Assembly: GCA_030390025.1 (NCBI GenBank)
Contig: CM059452.1
Coordinates: 6,944,001 to 7,008,000, forward strand
Direction: 5' to 3'
Source: Squalus acanthias
Taxonomy: Eukaryota
Length of the DNA stretch: 64,000 nt
Shown here: piece after piece, positions 31,531-47,007 of the stretch
Layout of the letters: every line of letters starts with the position of its first letter
Position numbering within the stretch: position 1 is the stretch's first letter
The notes under the pieces: generated by a model
What the model was told of the DNA's origin: nothing
Databases searched by the model: none
Seen by the model: only the letters and a program-made list of their open reading frames with translations
Translations under genes and position numbers: made by a program

Positions 31531-34500
31531 AGTTTATCTAATGGATAGGTTACATTTTATATTAAAGCTCCCTCTGCACTCCAATCAAATTGGTTCGAGG
31601 TCTATGAATAGGGCTGAGGGAACACTTTTGTAAGACGTTGACATCTTGTTTTGGGGTAAAGACAATGATCCATTCTTGAGAGGCAAGACAGAGGTGGAAA
31701 TAGGAGAGAGAGGCAGAGAGGGAGAGGATACAGGAAATCTCCACACACACATTTGTGATGTCACAATGTGCGGTGACTTGTGGGAATCTTTCCCCATTCT
31801 GAACATGGATATCATCTTTACTTTATTCTCCTATAACTTAGAGAAATGTCTCAAAAACAATTGTTGCTGGAATCCGTTGAGACATTTGCATTTCTCTCTT
31901 TATTTCTGTTCTGTGTTGATGGGGAAACAGTTATTGTGTTTCTGTCACTCAATACTCTAATCTGGGACTTGTATTTCTGTGTTTATTTACATAAACGCCT
32001 CACTGGTTTCCATGAAGTGTTCATGACAGCAAAACCAGATCAACAAAGTCACTTATTGATTCGTTTCAACTCACAACAAGGGTTTATTTTAAGAATATTG
32101 ACAGTTGGTAAAAAATGAATAGAAATATCTCAAACAGTGACATTGGATTCAGTTTCGTTCAATGAGAACAGATGTGATTTATAACAACGGAAAAAATATT
32201 AAAATTAATAATTCAGTTCTGAAAGTTCTGCTGCTGAAATCAATGGGACATCTGTGAACAGGCTGGTGTTCCACTGGATGTCCATTTAGTGGAAGCTTCA
32301 ACCCATTGAAACTAAACAAGATAAAACAGTGAGCAGAGGAGTGTCCTACAATCGCAGTAATGTCTGAGCTTTTAACATATCGCAACTTGGATTTTAAAAT
32401 GTTGTCATTTAGAAAGAACTTGCAATTATATAGCGCCTTTCACTGCCTCAGGACGTCCCAAAGAGCTTTACAGTCAATGAAGAACTTTGGAAATATAGTC
32501 ACTGTTGTAAAGTAGGAAATGCTGCAGCATCAATCACTCCAACGGCAGCTACAGCACGGGTTAGATACAGATTAAAGCTTCCTCTACACTGTCCCATCAA
32601 ACACTCCCAGGGCAGGTACAGCACAGGTTAGATACAGAGTAAAGCTCCCTCTACACTGTCCCATCAAACACTCCCAGGCCAGGTACAGCGCAGGTTAAAT
32701 ACAGAGTAAAGCACCCTCTACACTGTCCCATCAAACATTCCCAGCACAGGCAGAGCATGCGTTAGATACAGAGTAAAGCTCCCTCTACACTGTCCAATCA
32801 AAAATTTCCAGGGCAGGCACAGCACGAGTTAGATACAGAGTAAAGCTCCCTCTACACTGTCCAATCAAATACTCCCAGGGCAGGTACAGCACAGGTTAGA
32901 TACAGAGTAAAGTTCCCTCTACACTGTCCCAACAAACACTCCCAGGGCAGGTACAGCACGGGTTAGATACAGAGTAAAGATCGCTCTACATTGTCCCAAC
33001 AAACACTGCCAGGACAGGTACGGCATGGTTTAGATACAGATTAAAGATCGCTCTACATTGCCCCAACAACCACTGCCAGGACAGGTACAGCACGGGTTAG
33101 ATACAAAGTAAAGCTCCCTCTACACTGTCCCATCAAACACTCCCAGGGCAGGTACAGCACAGGTTAGATACAGAGTAAAGCTCCCTCTAAACTGTCTCAT
33201 CAAACAATACAAGGGTAGTTAGAGCACGGGTTAGATACAAAGTAAAGCTGCCTCTACACTGTCCCATCAAACACCCCAGGGCAGGTACAGCACGGGTTAT
33301 ATACGGATAAAAGCTGCCTCTAGACTGTCCCATCAAAAACTCCCAGGGCAGCTACAGCACGGGTTAGATACACAGTAAAGCTCCCTCTACACGGTCTGAT
33401 CAAACACTCCCAGGGCAGGTACAGCACTGTTTAGACACAGAGTAAAGCTCCCTCTACACTGTCCAATCAAACACACCCAGGATAGGTATAACACGGGTTA
33501 GATAGAGAGTAAAGCTCCCTCTACACTGTCCATCAAACACTCCAAGGGCAGGTACAGTCCAGGTTAGAAACAGAATAAAGCTCCCTCTATAATGTCCCAG
33601 CAAAGTCTCCCAGTGCAGGCACAGCATGGGATAGATTCAGTGTAAAGCGCCCTCTAAACTGTCCAATCAAAGACTCCCAGGACAGGTACAGCATGGGTTA
33701 GATACAGAGTAAATCTCGCTCTACATTTTCCTATCAAACCCTCCCAGGGTAGGTGCAGTACAGGTTAGATACAGAGCAAAGCTCCCTCTACGCTGTCCAA
33801 TCAAACCCTCCCAGGGTAGGTGCAGTACAGGTTAGATATAGAGTAAAGCTCACTCTTCACTGTCCCATCAAACACTCCCAGGGGAGGTGCAGTACAGGTT
33901 AGATACAGAGAAAATCAACCTCTACGCTGCCCCATCAAACACTCCCAGGGAAGGTACTGCATGTGTTTATACAGAGGAAAGCTCCCTCTAAACTGTCCCA
34001 TCACCCATACCCAGGGAAAGTACAGCACGGGTTAGTTACAGAGCAAAGCTCACACTAAACTGTCCCATCAAACACTCCCAGGGCAGGTTCTGCACATGTT
34101 AGATGCAGAGTAATGCTCCCTCTACACTGTCCCATCAAACACTCCCAGGGCAAGTACAGCATGTGTTTGATGCAGAATAAAGCTTCCTCTACATTGTCGC
34201 GTCAAATATTCTCAGGACAGGTACAGCACGGATTAGATACAGTGACAAGCTTCCTTTACACTGTCCCATCAAACACACCCAGGGCAGATACAGCACAGAT
34301 TAGATACAGAGCAATGCTCCCTCTACACTGTCCAAGCAAACACTCTCACGCAGGCACTGCATGGGTTATATACAGAGTAAAGCTCCCTCCACACTGTCCC
34401 AGCAAACGCTTCCACGGAAGGTACAGCACTGGTTAGATCCAGAGTAAAGCTCCTTCGGCACTGACCCATAAAATACTCCCAGGGCAGGGACAGCACGGGT

Positions 34501-37500
34501 TAGATACAGAGTAATTATCGCTCTACACTTTCCCATCAACAACTCCCAGGGCAGGTGCAGTACAGGTTAGATACAGAGTAAAGCTCCTTCCACACTGTCC
34601 CATCAAACACTTCCAGGGATGGTACTGCATGTGTTAGATACAGAGGTTTGCTCCCTCTACACTGTCCCATCAAACATTCACTGGGCAGGTACAGCATGGG
34701 TTATATACAGAGTAAAGCTCACACGAAACTGTCCCATCAAACACTCCCAGGGCAGGTCCTGCACATGTTAGATACAGAGTAAAGCTCCCTCTACACTTCG
34801 CCTCAAACACTCCAGGGCAGGTTCTGCACGGATTAGATACAGAGTAAAGCTCCCTCTACACTGTCCCATCAAACACTCCCAGTGCAGTTACAGCACGGAT
34901 TAGATACAGAGTAAAGCTCCCTCTAAACTGTCCCATCAAAAACTCTCAGTGCAGGCACTGCATGGGTTACATACAGAGTAAAGCTCCCTCTACACTCTCC
35001 CATCACACAGTCCCAGGGCAGGGACAGCACGGGTTAGCTAGCAGAATAAAGCTGCCTCTACGCTGTCCCATCACACATTCCCAGGACAAGGACAGCAAGG
35101 GTTTGATACAGAGTAAAGCACCCTCGAAACTGTCCCATCAAAAACACTCAGGGCAGGCACTGCAAGGGTTTTATACAGAGTTGAGCTCCCTCTACACTGT
35201 CCCATCAAAAACTCCCACGAAAGCTACAGCACTGGTTAGAGACAGAATAAAGCTCCCTCTACACTGCCCCATCACACATTCCTAGGGCAGAGACAGCGCG
35301 CGTTCGATAGAGAGTAAAGCTCGCTCTACACTGTCCCGTCAAACATAACCAGGGCAGGGACAGCACGGGTTAGATACAGAGTAAAGCTCCCTCTACACTT
35401 CCCCATCAAATACTCCCAGGGCAGGCACAGCACGGGTTAGATACAGAGTAAATCTCCCTCTACACTGTCCCATCAAACACTCCCAGGGCAGGTACAGCAC
35501 GGATTAGATAGAGAGTTAAACTTCCTTTACACGGTCCCATCAAACACACCCAGGGCAGGAAAAGCGCGGATTAGATACAGAGTAAAGCTTCCTTTACAAT
35601 GTCCATCAAACACTACCAGGGCAGGTACAGCACTGGTTAGATACAGAGTAAAGCTCCTTCTACACTGACCCAACAAACACTCCCAGGGCAGGTACAGCAC
35701 GGTTTAGATACAGAGTAAAGAACCTCTACACTGTCCCATCAAACACTCCCAGGGCAGGAACAGCGCGGATTAGATACAGAGTAAAGCTTCCTTTACAATG
35801 TCCCATCAAACACTACCAGGGCAGGTACAGCACTGGTTAGATACAGAATAAAGCTCCCTCTACACTTTTGCATCAAACACTCCCAGGGCAAGTATAGCAC
35901 GGGTTAGATACAGAGTTAATCTCCCTCTACACTGTCCCATCAAACACTCCCAGTGCAGATACAGGGCAAAGCTCCCTCTACAGTGTCCCATCAAACATTC
36001 CCAGTTTATCTAATGGATAGGTTACATTTTATATTAAAGCTCCCTCCGCACTCCAATCAATTTGGTTCGAGGTCTATGAATAGGGCTGAGGGAACACTTT
36101 TGTAAGACGTTGACATCTTGTTTTGGGGTAAAGACAATGATCCATTCTTGAGAGGCAAGACAGAGGTGGAAATAGGAGAGAGAGGCAGAGAGGGAGAGGA
36201 TACAGGAAATCTCCACACACACATTTGTGATGTCACTATGTACGGTGACTTGTGGGAATCTTTCCCCATTCTGAACATGGATATCATCTTTACTTTATTC
36301 TCCTATAACTTAGAGAAATGTCTCAAAAACAATTGTTGCTGGAATCCGTTGAGACATTTGCATTTCTCTCTTTATTTCTGTTCTGTGTTGATGGGGAAAC
36401 ATTTATTGTGTTTCTGTCGCTCAATACTCTAATCTGGGACTTGTATTTCTGTGTTTATTTACATAAACGCCTCACTGGTTTCCATGAAGTGTTCATGACA
36501 GCAAAACCAGATCAACAAAGTCACTTATTGATTCGTTTCAACTCACAACAAGGGTTTATTTTAAGAATATTGACAGTTGGTAAAAAATGAATAGAAATAT
36601 CTCAAACAGTGACATTGGATTCAGTTTCGTTCAATGAGAACAGATGTGATTTATAACAACGGAAAAAATATTAAAATTAATAATTCAGTTCTGAAAGTTC
36701 TGCTGCTGAAATCAATGGGACATCTGTGAACAGGCTGGTGTTCCACTGGATGTCCATTTAGTGGAAGCTTCAACCCATTGAAACTAAACAAGATAAAACA
36801 GTGAGCAGAGGAGTGTCCGACAATAGCAGTAATGTCTGAGCTTTTAACATATCGCAACTTGGATTTTAAAATGTTGTCATTTAGAAAGAACTTGCAATTA
36901 TATAGCGCCTTTCACTGCCTCAGGACGTCCCAAAGAGCTTTACAGTCAATGAGAACTTTGGAAATATAGTCACTGTTGGAAAGTAGGAAATGCTGCAGCA
37001 TCAATCACTCCAACGGCAGCTACAGCACGGGTTAGATACAGATTAAAGCTTCCTCTATACTGTCCCATCAAACACTCCCAGGCCAGGTACAGCACGGGTT
37101 AGATACAGATTAAAGCTCCCTCTACACTGTCCCATCAAACACTCCCAGGCCAGGTACAGCGCAGGTTAAATACAGAGTAAAGCACCCTCTACACTGTCCC
37201 ATCAAACATTCCCAGCACAGGCAGAGCATGCGTTAGATACAGAGTAAAGCTCCCTCTACACTGTCCAATCAAAAATTTCCAGGGCAGGCACAGCACGAGT
37301 TAGATACAGAGTAAAGCTCCCTCTACACTGTCCCATCACACAATCCCAGGGCAGGTAAATCACAGGTTAGATACAGAGTAAAGTTCCCTCTACACTGTCC
37401 CAACAAACACTCCCAGGGCAGGTACAGCACGGGTTAGATACAGAGTAAAGATCGCTCTACATTGTCCCAACAAACACTGCCAGGACAGGTACGGCATGGT

Positions 37501-40500
37501 TTAGATACAGATTAAAGATCGCTCTACATTGCCCCAACAACCACTGCCAGGACAGGTACAGCACGGGTTAGATACAAAGTAAAGCTCCCTCTACACTGTC
37601 CCATCAAACACTCCCAGGGCAGGTACAGCACAGGTTAGATACAGAGTAAAGCTCCCTCTAAACTGTCTCATCAAACAATACAAGGGTAGTTAGAGCACGG
37701 GTTAGATACAAAGTAAAGCTGCCTCTACACTGTCCCATCAAACACCCCAGGGCAGGTACAGCACGGGTTATATACGGATAAAAGCTGCCTCTAGACTGTC
37801 CCATCAAAAACTCCCAGGGCAGCTACAGCACGGGTTAGATACACAGTAAAGCTCCCTCTACACGGTCTGATCAAACACTCCCAGGGCAGGTACAGCACTG
37901 TTTAGACACAGAGTAAAACTCCCTCTACACTGTCCAATCAAACACACCCAGGATAGGTATAACACGGGTTAGATAGAGAGTAAAGCTCCCTCTACACTGT
38001 CCCATCAAACACTCCCAGGGCAGGTACAGTCCAGGTTAGAAACAGAATAAAGCTCCATCTACAATGTCCCAGCAAAGTCTCCCAGTGCAGGCACAGCATG
38101 GGATAGATTCAGTGTAAAGCGCCCTCTAAACTGTCCAATCAAAGACTCCCAGGACAGGTACAGCATGGGTTAGATGCAGAGTAAAGCTCCCTCTAAAATG
38201 TCCCATCACCCATAACCAGGGCAGGGACAGCTCGGGTTACATACAGAGTAAATCTCGCTCTACACTTTCCTATCAAACCCTCCCAGGGTAGGTGCAGTAC
38301 AGGTTAGATACAGAGCAAAGCTCCCTCTACGCTGTCCAATCAAACCCTCCCAGGGTAGGTGCAGTACAGGTTAGATATAGAGTAAAGCTCACTCTTCACT
38401 GTCCCATCAAACACTCCCAGGGGAGGTGCAGTACAGGTTAGATACAGAGAAAATCAACCTCTACGCTGCCCCATCAAACACTCCCAGGGAAGGTACTGCA
38501 TGTGTTTATACAGAGGAAAGCTCCCTCTAAACTGTCCCATCACCCATACCCAGGGAAAGTACAGCACGGGTTAGTTACAGAGCAAAGCTCACACTAAACT
38601 GTCCCATCAAACACTCCCAGGGCAGGTTCTGCACATGTTAGATGCAGAGTAATGCTCCCTCTACACTGTCCCATCAAACACTCCCAGGGCAAGTACAGCA
38701 TGTGTTTGATGCAGAATAAAGCTTCCTCTACATTGTCGCGTCAAATATTCTCAGGACAGGTACAGCACGGATTAGATACAGTGACAAGCTTCCTTTACAC
38801 TGTCCCATCAAACACACCCAGGGCAGATACAGCACAGATTAGATACAGAGCAATGCTCCCTCTACACTGTCCAAGCAAACACTCTCACGCAGGCACTGCA
38901 TGGGTTATATACAGAGTAAAGCTCCCTCCACACTGTCCCAGCAAACGCTTCCACGGAAGGTACAGCACTGGTTAGATCCAGAGTAAAGCTCCTTCGGCAC
39001 TGACCCATAAAATACTCCCAGGGCAGGGACAGCACGGGTTAGATACAGAGTAATTATCGCTCTACACTTTCCCATCAACAACTCCCAGGGCAGGTGCAGT
39101 ACAGGTTAGATACAGAGTAAAGCTCCTTCCACACTGTCCCATCAAACACTTCCAGGGATGGTACTGCATGTGTTAGATACAGAGGTTTGCTCCCTCTACA
39201 CTGTCCCATCAAACATTCACTGGGCAGGTACAGCATGGGTTATATACAGAGTAAAGCTCACACGAAACTGTCCCATCAAACACTCCCAGGGCAGGTCCTG
39301 CACATGTTAGATACAGAGTAAAGCTCCCTCTACACTTCGCCTGAAACACTCTCAGGGCAGGTTCTGCACGGATTAGATACAGAGTAAAGCTCCCTCTACA
39401 CTGTCCCATCAAACACTCCCAGTGCAGTTACAGCACGGATTAGATACAGAGTAAAGCTCCCTCTAAACTGTCCCATCAAAAACTCTCAGTGCAGGCACTG
39501 CATGGGTTACATACAGAGTAAAGCTCCCTCTACACTCTCCCATCACACAGTCCCAGGGCAGGGACAGCACGGGTTAGCAGCAGAATAAAGCTGCCTCTAC
39601 GCTGTCCCATCACACATTCCCAGGACAAGGACAGCAAGGGTTTGATACAGAGTAAAGCACCCTCGAAACTGTCCCATCAAAAACACTCAGGGCAGGCACT
39701 GCAAGGGTTTTATACAGAGTTGAGCTCCCTCTACACTGTCCCATCAAAAACTCCCACGAAAGCTACAGCACTGGTTAGAGACAGAATAAAGCTCCCTCTA
39801 CACTGCCCCATCACACATTCCCAGGGCATAGACAGCGCGCGTTCGATAGAGAGTAAAGCTCGCTCTACACTGTCCCATCAAACATAACCAGGGCAGGGAC
39901 AGCACAGGTTAGATACAGAGTAAAGCTCCCTCGACACTTCCCCATCAAATACTCCCAGGTCATGTACAGCACCGGCTAGATACAGCGTGATTCTTCATCT
40001 ACACAGTCCCATCAAACACTCCCAGGGCAGGTACAGCACGGATTAGATAGAGAGTAAAACTTCCTTTACACGGTCCCATCAAACACACCCAGGGCAGGTG
40101 CAGTACAGGTTAGATACAGAATAAAGCTCCTTCTACACTGTCCCATCAAACACTTCCAGGGATGGTACTGCATGTGTTAGATACAGAGGTTTGCTCCCTC
40201 TACACTGTCCCATCACACATTCACTGGGCAGGTACAGCATGGGTTATATACAGAGTAAAGCTCACACGAAACTGTCCCATCAAACACTCCCAGGGCAGGT
40301 ACAGCACGGATTAGATACAGAGTAAAGCTCCCTCTACACTGTCCCATCAAACACTCCCAGTGCAGTTACAGCACGGATTAGATACAGAGTAAAGCTCCCT
40401 CTAAACTGTCCCATCAAAAACTCTCAGTGCAGGCACTGCATGGGTTACATACAGAGTAAAGCTCCCTCTACACTCTCCCATCACACAGACCCAGGGCAGA

Positions 40501-43500
40501 TACAGCACGGGTTAGCTACAGAATAAAGCTGCCTCTACGCTGTCCCATCACACATTCCCAGGGCAGGAACAGCGCGGATTAGATACAGAGTAAAGCTTCC
40601 TTTACAATGTCCCATCAAACACTACCAGGGCAGGTACAGCACTGGTTAGATACAGAATAAAGCTCCCTCTACACTTTTGCATCAAACACTCCCAGGGCAA
40701 GTATAGCACGGGTTAGATACAGAGTTAATCTCCCTCTACACTGTCCCATCAAACACTCCCAGTGCAGATACAGGGCAAAGCTCCCTCTACAGTGTCCCAT
40801 CAAACATTCCCAGTTTATCTAATGGATAGGTTACATTTTATATTAAAGCTCCCTCCGCACTCCAATCAATTTGGTTCGAGGCCTATGAATAGGGCTGAGG
40901 GAACACTTTTGTAAGACGTTGACATCTTGTTTTGGGATAAAGACAATGATCCAACTTGAGAGGCAAGACAGAGGTGGAAATAGGAGAGAGAGGCAGAGAG
41001 GGAGAGGATACAGGAAATCTCCACACACACATTTGTGATGTCACTATGTACGGTGACTTGTGGGAATCTTTCCCCATTCTGAACATGGATATCATCTTTA
41101 CTTTATTCTCCTATAACTTAGAGAAATGTCTCAAAAACAATTGTTGCTGGAATCCGTTGAGACATTTGCATTTCTCTCTTTATTTCTGTTCTGTGTTGAT
41201 GGGGAAACATTTATTGTGTTTCTGTCGCTCAATACTCTAATCTGGGACTTGTATTTCTGTGTTTATTTACATAAACGCCTCACTGGTTTCCATGAAGTGT
41301 TCATGACAGCAAAACCAGATCAACAAAGTCACTTATTGATTCGTTTCAACTCACAACAAGGGTTTATTTTAAGAATATTGACAGTTGGTAAAAAATGAAT
41401 AGAAATATCTCAAACAGTGACATTGGATTCAGTTTCGTTCAATGAGAACAGATGTGATTTATAACAACGGAAAAAATATTAAAATTAATAATTCAGTTCT
41501 GAAAGTTCTGCTGCTGAAATCAATGGGACATCTGTGAACAGGCTGGTGTTCCACTGGATGTCCATTTAGTGGAAGCTTCAACCCATTGAAACTAAACAAG
41601 ATAAAACAGTGAGCAGAGGAGTGTCCGACAATCGCAGTAATGTCTGAGCTTTTAACATATCGCAACTTGGATTTTAAAATGTTGTCATTTAGAAAGAACT
41701 TGCAATTATATAGCGCCTTTCACTGCCTCAGGACATCCCAAAGAGCTTTACAGTCAATGAAGAACTTTGGAAATATAGTCACTGTTGTAAAGTAGGAAAT
41801 GCTGCAGCATCAATCACTCCAACGGCAGCTACAGCACGGGTTAGATACAGATTAAAGCTTCCTCTACACTGTCCCATCAAACACTCCCAGGGCAGGTACA
41901 ACACAGGTTAGATACAGAGTAAAGCTCCCTCTACACTGTCCCATCAAACACTCCCAGGCCAGGTACAGCGCAGGTTAAATACAGAGTAAAGCACCCTCGA
42001 CACTGTCCCATCAAACATTCCCAGCACAGGCAGAGCATGCGTTAGATACAGAGTAAAGCTCCCTATACACTGTCCAATCAAATACTCCCAGGGCAGGTAC
42101 AGCACAGGTTAGATACAGAGTAAAGCTCCCTCTACACTGTCCCATCACACAATCCCAGGGCAGGTAAATCACAGGTTAGATACAGAGTAAAGTTCCCTCT
42201 ACACTGTCCCAACAAACACTCCCAGGGCAGGTACAGCACGGGTTAGATACAGAGTAAAGATCGCTCTACATTGTCCCAACAAACACTGCCAGGACAGGTA
42301 CAGCATGGTTTAGATACAGAGTAAAGATCGCTCTACATTGTCCCAACAACCACTGCCAGGACAGGTACAGCACGGGTTAGATACAAAGTAAAGCTCCCTC
42401 TACACTGTCCCATCAAACACTCCCAGGGCAGGTACAGCACAGGTTAGATACAGAGTAAAGCTCCCTCTAAACTGTCTCATCAAACAATACAAGGGTATTT
42501 AGAGCACGGGTTAGATACAAAGTAAAGCTGCCTCTACACTGTCCCATCAAACACCCCAGGGCAGGTACAGCACGGGTTATATACGGATAAAAGCTGCCTC
42601 TAGACTGTCCCATCAAAAACTCCCAGGGCAGCTACAGCACGGGTTAGATACACAGTAAAGCTCCCTCTACACGGTCTGATCAAACACTCCCAGGGCAGGT
42701 ACAGCACTGTTTAGACACAGAGTAAAGCTCCCTCTACACTGTCCAATCAAACACACCCAGGATAGGTATAACACGGGTTAGATAGAGAGTAAAGCTCCCT
42801 CTACACTGTCCATCAAACACTCCAAGGGCAGGTACAGTCCAGGTTAGAAACAGAATAAAGCTCCCTCTATAATGTCCCAGCAAAGTCTCCCAGTGCAGGC
42901 ACAGCATGGGATAGATTCAGTGTAAAGCGCCCTCTAAACTGTCCAATCAAAGACTCCCAGGACAGGTACAGCATGGGTTAGATACAGAGTAAATCTCGCT
43001 CTACATTTTCCTATCAAACCCTCCCAGGGTAGGTGCAGTACAGGTTAGATACAGAGCAAAGCTCCCTCTACGCTGTCCAATCAAACCCTCCCAGGGTAGG
43101 TGCAGTACAGGTTAGATATAGAGTAAAGCTCACTCTTCACTGTCCCATCAAACACTCCCAGGGGAGGTGCAGTACAGGTTAGATACAGAGAAAATCAACC
43201 TCTACGCTGCCCCATCAAACACTCCCAGGGAAGGTACTGCATGTGTTTATACAGAGGAAAGCTCCCTCTAAACTGTCCCATCACCCATACCCAGGGAAAG
43301 TACAGCACGGGTTAGTTACAGAGCAAAGCTCACTCTAAACTGTCCCATCAAACACTCCCAGGGCAGGTTCTGCACATGTTAGATGCAGTAATGCCCCTCT
43401 ACACTGTCCCATCAAACACTCCCAGGGCAAGTACAGCATGTGTTTGATGCAGAATAAAGCTTCCTCTACATTGTCGCGTCAAATATTCTCAGGACAGGTA

Positions 43501-46500
43501 CAGCACGGATTAGATACAGTGACAAGCTTCCTTTACACTGTCCCATCAAACACACCCAGGGCAGATACAGCACAGATTAGATACAGAGCAATGCTCCCTC
43601 TACACTGTCCAAGCAAACACTCTCACGCAGGCACTGCAACGGTTATATACAGAGTAAAGCTCCCTCTACACTGTCCCAGCAAACGCTTCCACGGAAGTTA
43701 CAGCACTGGTTAGATCCAGAGTAAAGCTCCTTCGGCACTGACCCATAAAATACTCCCAGGGCAGGGACAGCACGGGTTAGATACAGAGTAAATATCGCTC
43801 TACACTTTCCCATCAACAACTCCCAGGGCAGGTGCAGTACGGGTTAGATACAGAGTAAAGCTCCTTCCACACTGTCCCATCAAACACTTCCAGGGATGGT
43901 ACTGCATGTGTTAGATACAGAGGTTTGCTCCCTCTACACTGTCCCATCAAACATTCACTGGGCAGGTACAGCATGGGTTATATACAGAGTAAAGCTCACA
44001 CGAAACTGTCCCATCAAACACTCCCAGGGCAGGTCCTGCACATGTTAGATACAGAGTAAAGCTCCCTCTACACTTCGCCTGAAACACTCCCAGGGCAGGT
44101 TCTGCACGGATTAGATACAGAGTAAAGCTCCCTCTACACTGTCCCATCAAACACTCCCAGTGCAGTTACAGCACGGATTAGATACAGAGTAAAGCACCCT
44201 CGACACTTCCCCATAAAATACTCCCAGGTCATGGACAGCACCGGCTAGATACAGCGTGATTCTTCATCTACACAGTCCCATCAAACACTCCCAGGGCAGG
44301 TACAGCACTGGTTAGAGACAGAATAAAGCTCCCTCTACACTGCCCCATCACACATTCCCAGGGCAGAGACAGCGCGCGTTCGATAGAGAGTAAAGCTCGC
44401 TCTACACTGTCCCGTCAAACATAACCAGGGCAGGGACAGCACGGGTTAGATACAGAGTAAAGCTCCCTCGACACTTCCCCATCAAATACTCCCAGGTCAT
44501 GTACAGCACCGGCTAGATACAGCGTGATTCTTCATCTACACAGTCCCATCAAACACTCCCAGAGCAGGTACAGCACGGATTAGATAGAGAGTAAAACTTC
44601 CTTTACACGGTCCCATCAAACACACCCAGGGCAGGTGCAGTACAGGTCAGATACAGAATAAAGCTCCTTCTACACTGTCCCATCAAACACTTCCAGGGAT
44701 GGTACTGCATGTGTTAGATACAGAGGTTTGCTCCCTCTACACTGTCCCATCAAACATTCACTGGGCAGGTACAGCACGGGTTATATACAGAGTAAAGCTC
44801 ACACGAAACTGTCCCATCAAACACTCCCAGGGCAGGTCCTGCACATGTTAGATACAGAGTAAAGCTCCCTCTACACTTCCCCTCAAACACTCCCAGGGCA
44901 GGTACAGCAGGGATTAGATACAGAGTAAAGCTCCCTCTAAACTGTCCCATCAAAAACTCTCAGTGCAGGCACTGCATGGGTTACATACAGAGTAAAGCTC
45001 CCTCTACACTCTCCCATCACACAGACCCAGGGCAGGGACAGCACGGGTTAGCTACAGAATAAAGCTGCCTCTACGCTGTCCCATCACACATTCCCAGGAC
45101 AAGGACAGCAAGGGTTTGATACTGAGTAAAGCAACCTCGAAACTGTCCCATCAAAAACACTCAGGGCAGGCACTGCAAGGGTTTTATACAGAGTAAAGCT
45201 CCCTCTACACTGTCCCATCAAAAACTCCCACGAAAGGTACAACACTGGTTAGAGACAGAATAAAGCTCCCTCTACACTGCCCCATCACACATTCCTAGGG
45301 CAGAGACAGCGCGCGTTCGATAGAGAGTAAAGCTCGCTCTACACTGTCCCATCAAACATAACCAGGGCAGGGACAGCACGGGTTAGATACAGAGTAAAGC
45401 TCCCTCTACACTTCCCCATCAAATACTCCCAGGGCAGGCACAGCACGGGTTAGATACAGAGTAAATCTCCCTCTACACTGTCCCATCAAACACTCCCAGG
45501 GCAGGTACAGCACGGATTAGATAGAGAGTTAAACTTCCTTTACACGGTCCCATCAAACACACCCAGGGCAGGAAAAGCGCGGATTAGATACAGAGTAAAG
45601 CTTCCTTTACAATGTCCCATCAAACACTACCAGGGCAGGTACAGCACTGGTTAGATACAGAGTAAAGCTCCTTCTACACTGACCCAACAAACACTCCCAG
45701 GGCAGGTACAGCACGGTTTAGATACAGAGTAAAGAACCTCTACACTGTCCCATCAAACACTCCCAGGGCAGGAACAGCGCGGATTAGATACAGAGTAAAG
45801 CTTCCTTTACAATGTCCCATCAAACACTACCAGGGCAGGTACAGCACTGGTTAGATACAGAATAAAGCTCCCTCTACACTTTTGCATCAAACACTCCCAG
45901 GGCAAGTATAGCACGGGTTAGATACAGAGTTAATCTCCCTCTACGCTGTCCCATCAAACACTCCCAGTGCAGATACAGGGCAAAGCTCCCTCTACAGTGT
46001 CCCATCAAACATTCCCAGTTTATCTAATGGATAGGTTACATTTTATATTAAAGCTCCCTCCGCACTCCAATCAATTTGGTTCGAGGTCTATGAATAGGGT
46101 TGAGGGAACACTTTTGTAAGACGTTGACATCTTGTTTTGGGGTAAAGACAATGATCCATTCTTGAGAGGCAAGACAGAAGGTGGAAATAGGAGAGAGAGG
46201 CAGAGAGGGAGAGGATACAGGAAATCTCCACACACACATTTGTGATGTCACTATGTACGGTGACTTGTGGGAATCTTTCCCCATTCTGAACATGGATATC
46301 ATCTTTACTTTATTCTCCTATAACTTAGAGAAATGTCCAATTGTTGCTGGAATCCGTTGAGACATTTGCATTTCTCTCTTTATTTCTGTTCTGTGTTGAT
46401 GGGGAAACATTTATTGTGTTTCTGTCGCTCAATACTCTAATCTGGGACTTGTATTTCTGTGTTTATTTACATAAACGCCTCACTGGTTTCCATGAAGTGT

Positions 46501-47007
46501 TCATGACAGCAAAACCAGATCAACAAAGTCACTTATTGATTCGTTTCAACTCACAACAAGGGTTTATTTTAAGAATATTGACAGTTGGTAAAAAATGAAT
46601 AGAAATATCTCAAACAGTGACATTGGCTTCAGTTTCGTTCAATGAGAACAGATGTGATTTATAACAAAGGAAAAAATATTAAAATTAATAATTCAGTTCT
46701 GAAAGTTCTGCTGCTGAAATCAATGGGACATCTGTGAACAGGCTGGTGATCCACTGGATGTCCATTTAGTGGAAGCTTCAACCCATTGAAACTAAACAAG
46801 TTAAAACAGTGAGCAGAGGAGTGTCCTACAATCGCAGTAATGTCTGAGCTTTTAACATATCGCAACTTGGATTTTAAAATGTTGACATTTAGAAAGAACT
46901 TGCATTTATATAGCGCCTTTCACTGCCTCAGGACGTCCCAAAGTTCTTTACAGACAATGAGAACTTTGGAAATATAGTCACTGTTGTAAAGTAGGAAATG
47001 CTGCAGC
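28170..47007 (+). repeat. Higher-order tandem duplication, four copies of [variant 67-mer array + ~1 kb unique spacer]
   Basis: Spacer TTTATCTAATGGATAGG starts at 31533, 36005, 40814, 46019 (periods 4472, 4809, 5205); identical variant-unit strings recur (ORFs 28636, 34113, 38652). Confidence 0.96.

Noticed and set aside
31884-31891. Octamer ATTTGCAT in each spacer copy
   Set aside because: One original occurrence copied by duplication, 15 kb from VH; expected by chance in a window of this size
28636-44953. Recurrent 60-107 aa ORFs in the 67-mer arrays and spacers
   Set aside because: They recur only because the DNA is duplicated; no recognisable domains
25090-46017. Regular repeats resembling a CRISPR array
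   Set aside because: Head-to-tail satellite with no unique spacers, no cas genes, vertebrate context
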